Source: Promethearchaeota archaeon (GTDB taxonomy: Archaea; Asgardarchaeota; Lokiarchaeia; Sigyniarchaeales; SOKP01). Taken from it: DNA of 12,129 nt. Position 1 is the first letter of the stretch. Each line of letters starts with the position of its first letter. The stretch is from the NCBI GenBank assembly GCA_016926735.1, contig JAFGOA010000167.1, positions 1 to 12,129 of the forward strand. The letters run 5' to 3'. Both the position numbers and the translations under genes were made by a program. The notes under the pieces are model-generated. The model saw only the letters and a list, made by a program, of their open reading frames with translations, had not been told where the DNA came from and made no database searches. This document shows positions 8,969 through 12,129 of this stretch, one piece after another.

Positions 8969-9706
8969 ATGAAGTTTAAATATAAATTATTCGCTATATG
9001 TTTATTAAGTTGTATAATATACCCATTTCTTATAACACCATTCTCCGTTGCTAATCCGGATATTAATTGGCCAGTTAGTGAAGGGCAAACATATACATAG
9101 AAAGTTACACAAAGTAATACAAATCTAGGCTTTTTACCTGTAAATTCTAAAATCAGTTTACGAGTAAATCATATAGTAAATGAACCAAGTGGTTCAGAAG
9201 AGCAATCAACTATATATGCAAATATTACAGCATACAATAGTACATCTGGAAATACAAATACATTACTTGATAATTCAACTTTCACATTATTCGATGCAAA
9301 TGTGAATTCAACGATGATATTTTCTTCATTTTTGTATCATGGAATCTTCCTACCTCCAAGTCACAAAGAGGGATTTGTTGATGGATTTATAAGTTATCTT
9401 ATAGGTGATCTTAGTCTTGGTCCTGCTGGTGATATGGATTATTCTAGTTATGGGCAATCTGCATATACCTTATATGGATATGATTCTACTACCGATTTAA
9501 TGTATATTTGGATATTTATGGGAAATAGTCTAATAGCAAGTGAAATTGTAATTGCTTATCAGTCATCGCCTCAGGTATTTCAATATTATGCTACATTAGA
9601 AAAACAATCATCTTCAATTCCTTTTGGAAACACTTTCTTATTATTTTTAGCCGCTGGAGTTATATCACTGATTTATCTAAGTCAAAAGAGAATAAATAAA
9701 AAATAA
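8969..9706 (+). pseudogene. Secreted, C-terminally anchored hypothetical protein (245 codons) interrupted by one in-frame TAG at 9098-9100 (pseudogene, sequencing error or amber read-through)
   Basis: ATG 8969 reads MKFKYKLFAICLLSCIIYPFLITPFSVANPDINWPVSEGQTYT*KVTQSNTNLGFLP and continues in frame into the listed ORF 9302..9706. It has a signal peptide at the start and IPFG-TM-basic tail at the end. Confidence 0.8.
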
Positions 9707-9710
9707 TGCA

Positions 9711-9730
9711 ATCTCTTTTTTTTTTATTTT
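9711..9730 (+). terminator. Oligo-T terminator
   Basis: A T10 run at 9716-9725 follows the stop at 9706. Confidence 0.5.
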
Positions 9731-9868
9731 GTTAGTTCTTAATTGAATATCTTAAATATTTTTAAAATCAAATAATTTTAGATATAAGATTTTGGTTGTC
9801 TTTAAAATTAATTTCAAAAACTTTAATTTTTTTTTTTAATTTCTTACATCAAGTTATTTAATATTGAG

Positions 9869-11200
9869 ATGATTTTTAAAATGACAAATATTAGAGAATG
9901 TTGGCTGGTGGATTATGCAAGAACACCATTTAGTCGTTCACGTCCAAAACAACAGGAAAGAGACGTATTTGGAGATAAAAGAGGAGATGAATTATTAGCA
10001 ACCTTGTTAATGAAGTTTTTTGATGATAAACTAGCTAAAAAAGGAATAAAAAAGGAAGATATAGATGATGCTATTGTAGGATGTGCAATGGGTGTCTATG
10101 AAAATTGGACATATGGAGGGAGACTTCCATTATTTTTAGCTAATTTTCCAGTTACAACACCCGCTATGTTTGTAGATCGGCAATGTGGTTCAGCTGGTTC
10201 AGCAATGCATGTAGGCATAATGGAAATAATGTTAGGTTATAGTAAATGCACATTAGCTACAGGAGTAGAACATATGACAAGAATTCCTATGCAAAATGAT
10301 TGGGTTCGACCTAATTTAAATATGATTAGTAAGAAAAGCGAATGGTATAGACCAGATTACGATGTTGTTAATGCGCTTAATATGCTTCAAACAGCTCAGA
10401 AAGTTTATGAAGAGGAAACACCATTTTTCAAAAAAGAAGATTTAGATAAATTTGGTGTTAGAAGTCATAATTTAACAGTAAAATATCAAGAAGAAGGATG
10501 GTTTACTGGTGGGATCTGGGATGGTGAAATTATTCCAATCGAAGGTCATATTACTGGGAATGAAGAAGAAAAAATCATAATCGATAAAGATCAAGCTGCT
10601 CGTAAATCAACTTTAGAACAGGTTTCTCAACTACCAAGACTATCAAGACCTTTCTATTTAAAACAAAATATTAAGGGAGAAGATATCGGTGGAAGAGCTG
10701 GTTATAACGAAAGAGAAGGTACAAAAGAAGGAGTAATTACAGCAGGAAATTCTTCTCCATTAAATGCTGGTGCTACAGCGTGTGTAATGATGGAGGCTAA
10801 AGAGGCAAAATCTAGAGGAATAGAACCTTTAGCTCGTATTGTTTCAATTGGTTGGGCTGGAGTAGATCCTTCAGTAATGGGAAGAGGCCCTGTTCCTGCT
10901 TCAGAAAAAGCATTACAATCCGCAGGATTAAAAGCAGAAGATATAGATTTCTGGGAAATTAATGAAGCATTCACAATTGTTGCTTTAAACTGTATGAAAT
11001 ATCTAAATATTCCTGAAGAAAAAGTCAATATTAGAGGAGGAGCTACCGCAATAGGTCATCCTTTAGGAGCATCTATGATTAGGCTTCCAGGAACACTTGC
11101 TCGAATTTTAAAAGAAGAGAAAGCAAAATATGGATGTGCCAATGCTTGTGTAGGAGGAGGGCAAGGAGTAGCGATTATTTTAGAAAATATAGATGCTTAA
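9869..11200 (+). CDS. Thiolase (acetyl-CoA C-acyltransferase); alternative start at 9881
   Basis: Motifs DYARTPF, catalytic RQCGSA, GVEHM, TAGNSSPLNAGA, EINEAF, AIGHPLGAS and CVGGGQG. Confidence 0.96.
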   Translation: MIFKMTNIRECWLVDYARTPFSRSRPKQQERDVFGDKRGDELLATLLMKFFDDKLAKKGIKKEDIDDAIVGCAMGVYENWTYGGRLPLFLANFPVTTPAMFVDRQCGSAGSAMHVGIMEIMLGYSKCTLATGVEHMTRIPMQNDWVRPNLNMISKKSEWYRPDYDVVNALNMLQTAQKVYEEETPFFKKEDLDKFGVRSHNLTVKYQEEGWFTGGIWDGEIIPIEGHITGNEEEKIIIDKDQAARKSTLEQVSQLPRLSRPFYLKQNIKGEDIGGRAGYNEREGTKEGVITAGNSSPLNAGATACVMMEAKEAKSRGIEPLARIVSIGWAGVDPSVMGRGPVPASEKALQSAGLKAEDIDFWEINEAFTIVALNCMKYLNIPEEKVNIRGGATAIGHPLGASMIRLPGTLARILKEEKAKYGCANACVGGGQGVAIILENIDA

Positions 11201-11210
11201 ATTGTTAATA

Positions 11211-11233
11211 TTTCCTTTTTTTATCTTTTTTTT
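11211..11233 (+). terminator. Oligo-T terminator
   Basis: Tandem T7 and T8 runs follow the thiolase stop. Confidence 0.45.
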
Positions 11234-11390
11234 AAAATTTTCAATTTTTATTTTTTATTTTTTTGTAGTCTTAATCTCAATAGTCCTAATTTAAATTGAA
11301 TTTATCATAAATTTCTTAAGTAATATTTAAATAGATAACTGATATAACTTATCTTATCCATAAATCCCAAAATAGGAGTAAATATTCTGC

Positions 11391-11600
11391 ATGAGTCATT
11401 TATATAAATCAATAGAATTAGTCGGAACATCAGAAATAAATTGGTCTGATGCAGTTAAAAATGCATATAAAGAAGCAAAAAAGACCATTAGAGGAATAAG
11501 GAATATTGAAATTTTAAAATCTGATGTTAAAGTAAAAGAAGATATGGACAGACTAATTTATAGAGTAAGAGTAAGATTAAATTTTGAAATAGAGATGTAA
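11391..11600 (+). CDS. Dodecin-family protein (calcium-dodecin-like subtype)
   Basis: 69 aa with YKSIELVGTS, WSDAVKNA, AKKTIRGI and YRVRVRLNF. AGGAG lies at 11374-11378 upstream. Confidence 0.88.
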   Translation: MSHLYKSIELVGTSEINWSDAVKNAYKEAKKTIRGIRNIEILKSDVKVKEDMDRLIYRVRVRLNFEIEM

Positions 11601-11685
11601 TTTATAAATAATCTCCAATATAATGTTATTAGAACCAGTATAACTTATAAAGTTCTATTAAGAATCGTATAAAATCGTGGTAACA

Positions 11686-11853
11686 TCAACAAATTTTAAC
11701 AATTCGGGGCGATAACACCATCGTCGCTATTCCCTTGCCATCGAAGGTTGTGGGAACTACTTTTCTTAAAGTATACATTGCTTCATTTACATCCATATTG
11801 ATTTTAATCCCTTTCCTCGATTGAGATAAAACTAGTTTGATTCTTTTAACCAT
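11686..11853 (-). CDS. Possible small hypothetical protein (55 aa) or gene remnant
   Basis: MVKRIKLVLSQSRKGIKINMDVNEAMYTLRKVVPTTFDGKGIATMVLSPRIVKIC*. GAGGT lies about 11 nt upstream, and the frame stays open upstream to 11973 with no further ATG. Confidence 0.35.
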   Translation of the reverse strand: MVKRIKLVLSQSRKGIKINMDVNEAMYTLRKVVPTTFDGKGIATMVLSPRIVKIC

Positions 11854-12129
11854 ATATGTCTCATACCTCTCTATTGAGTCATTATCACCTCTCCAGTTTT
11901 CATAGGTTATATTTAATTCTTTATAAGTGTTTATATGTTTGACCCCTTTGGTTTTCCATATTATTACTAAATATCAATATTTTTCTTTTTATTTTCTTGA
12001 TAAATAGAAATACTAGAACATAAAACTAGATTTTTCAAACCACTATATTTTAATTATAAGATTAATAAATATAATATAATATAATAGTAGACTATGATAA
12101 TTTTTTAATTATAAATTTTAAAAGGGTGA

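Noticed and set aside
9302-9706. The 134-aa ORF as a complete gene starting at GTG 9302
   Set aside because: It is the 3' part of the longer frame from ATG 8969, which carries the signal peptide and promoter.
6500-11028. ORFs 6500..6811 (-), 8143..8349 (+) and 10702..11028 (-)
   Set aside because: They are antisense shadows of the methyltransferase, rpiA and thiolase genes.
11629-11691. TGT-TGA-TGT (C-U-C) as selenocysteine read-through of the small ORF
   Set aside because: I see no SECIS-like hairpin downstream and no resemblance to known selenoprotein families, so TGA is best read as a stop.
11870-11903. SD-like GAGGTGAT before ATG-ACT-CAA-TAG on the minus strand as an amber read-through gene
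   Set aside because: The frame hits further TAG and TAA stops within about 30 codons and gives no plausible protein.

Overview
A very AT-rich archaeal window, probably from an Asgard/Lokiarchaeia-like organism. That placement is an inference from archaeal TATA boxes and oligo-T terminators, a tRNA without encoded CCA, and a Loki-CTERM-like sorting tail. From left to right: (1) a large minus-strand surface protein missed by the ORF track because it runs off the left edge (TM anchor, Ig-like domain, PKD-like domain, ten DUF285/BspA repeats, cap, start of a second module); (2) tRNA-Ala(GGC); (3) a 1310-aa type I membrane subtilase whose domain order resembles eukaryotic site-1 protease (MBTPS1/SKI-1), with a cytoplasmic zinc ribbon; (4) a solitary beta-class m4C DNA methyltransferase resembling M.MthZI/Zim (CTAG); (5) a purE-rpiA pair; (6) a 245-codon secreted protein interrupted by one in-frame TAG; (7) a thiolase; (8) a dodecin of the calcium-dodecin type; (9) a small unannotated ORF overlapping a GC-rich structured patch. 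All family assignments come from motif recognition and recalled sequences, not from database searches.
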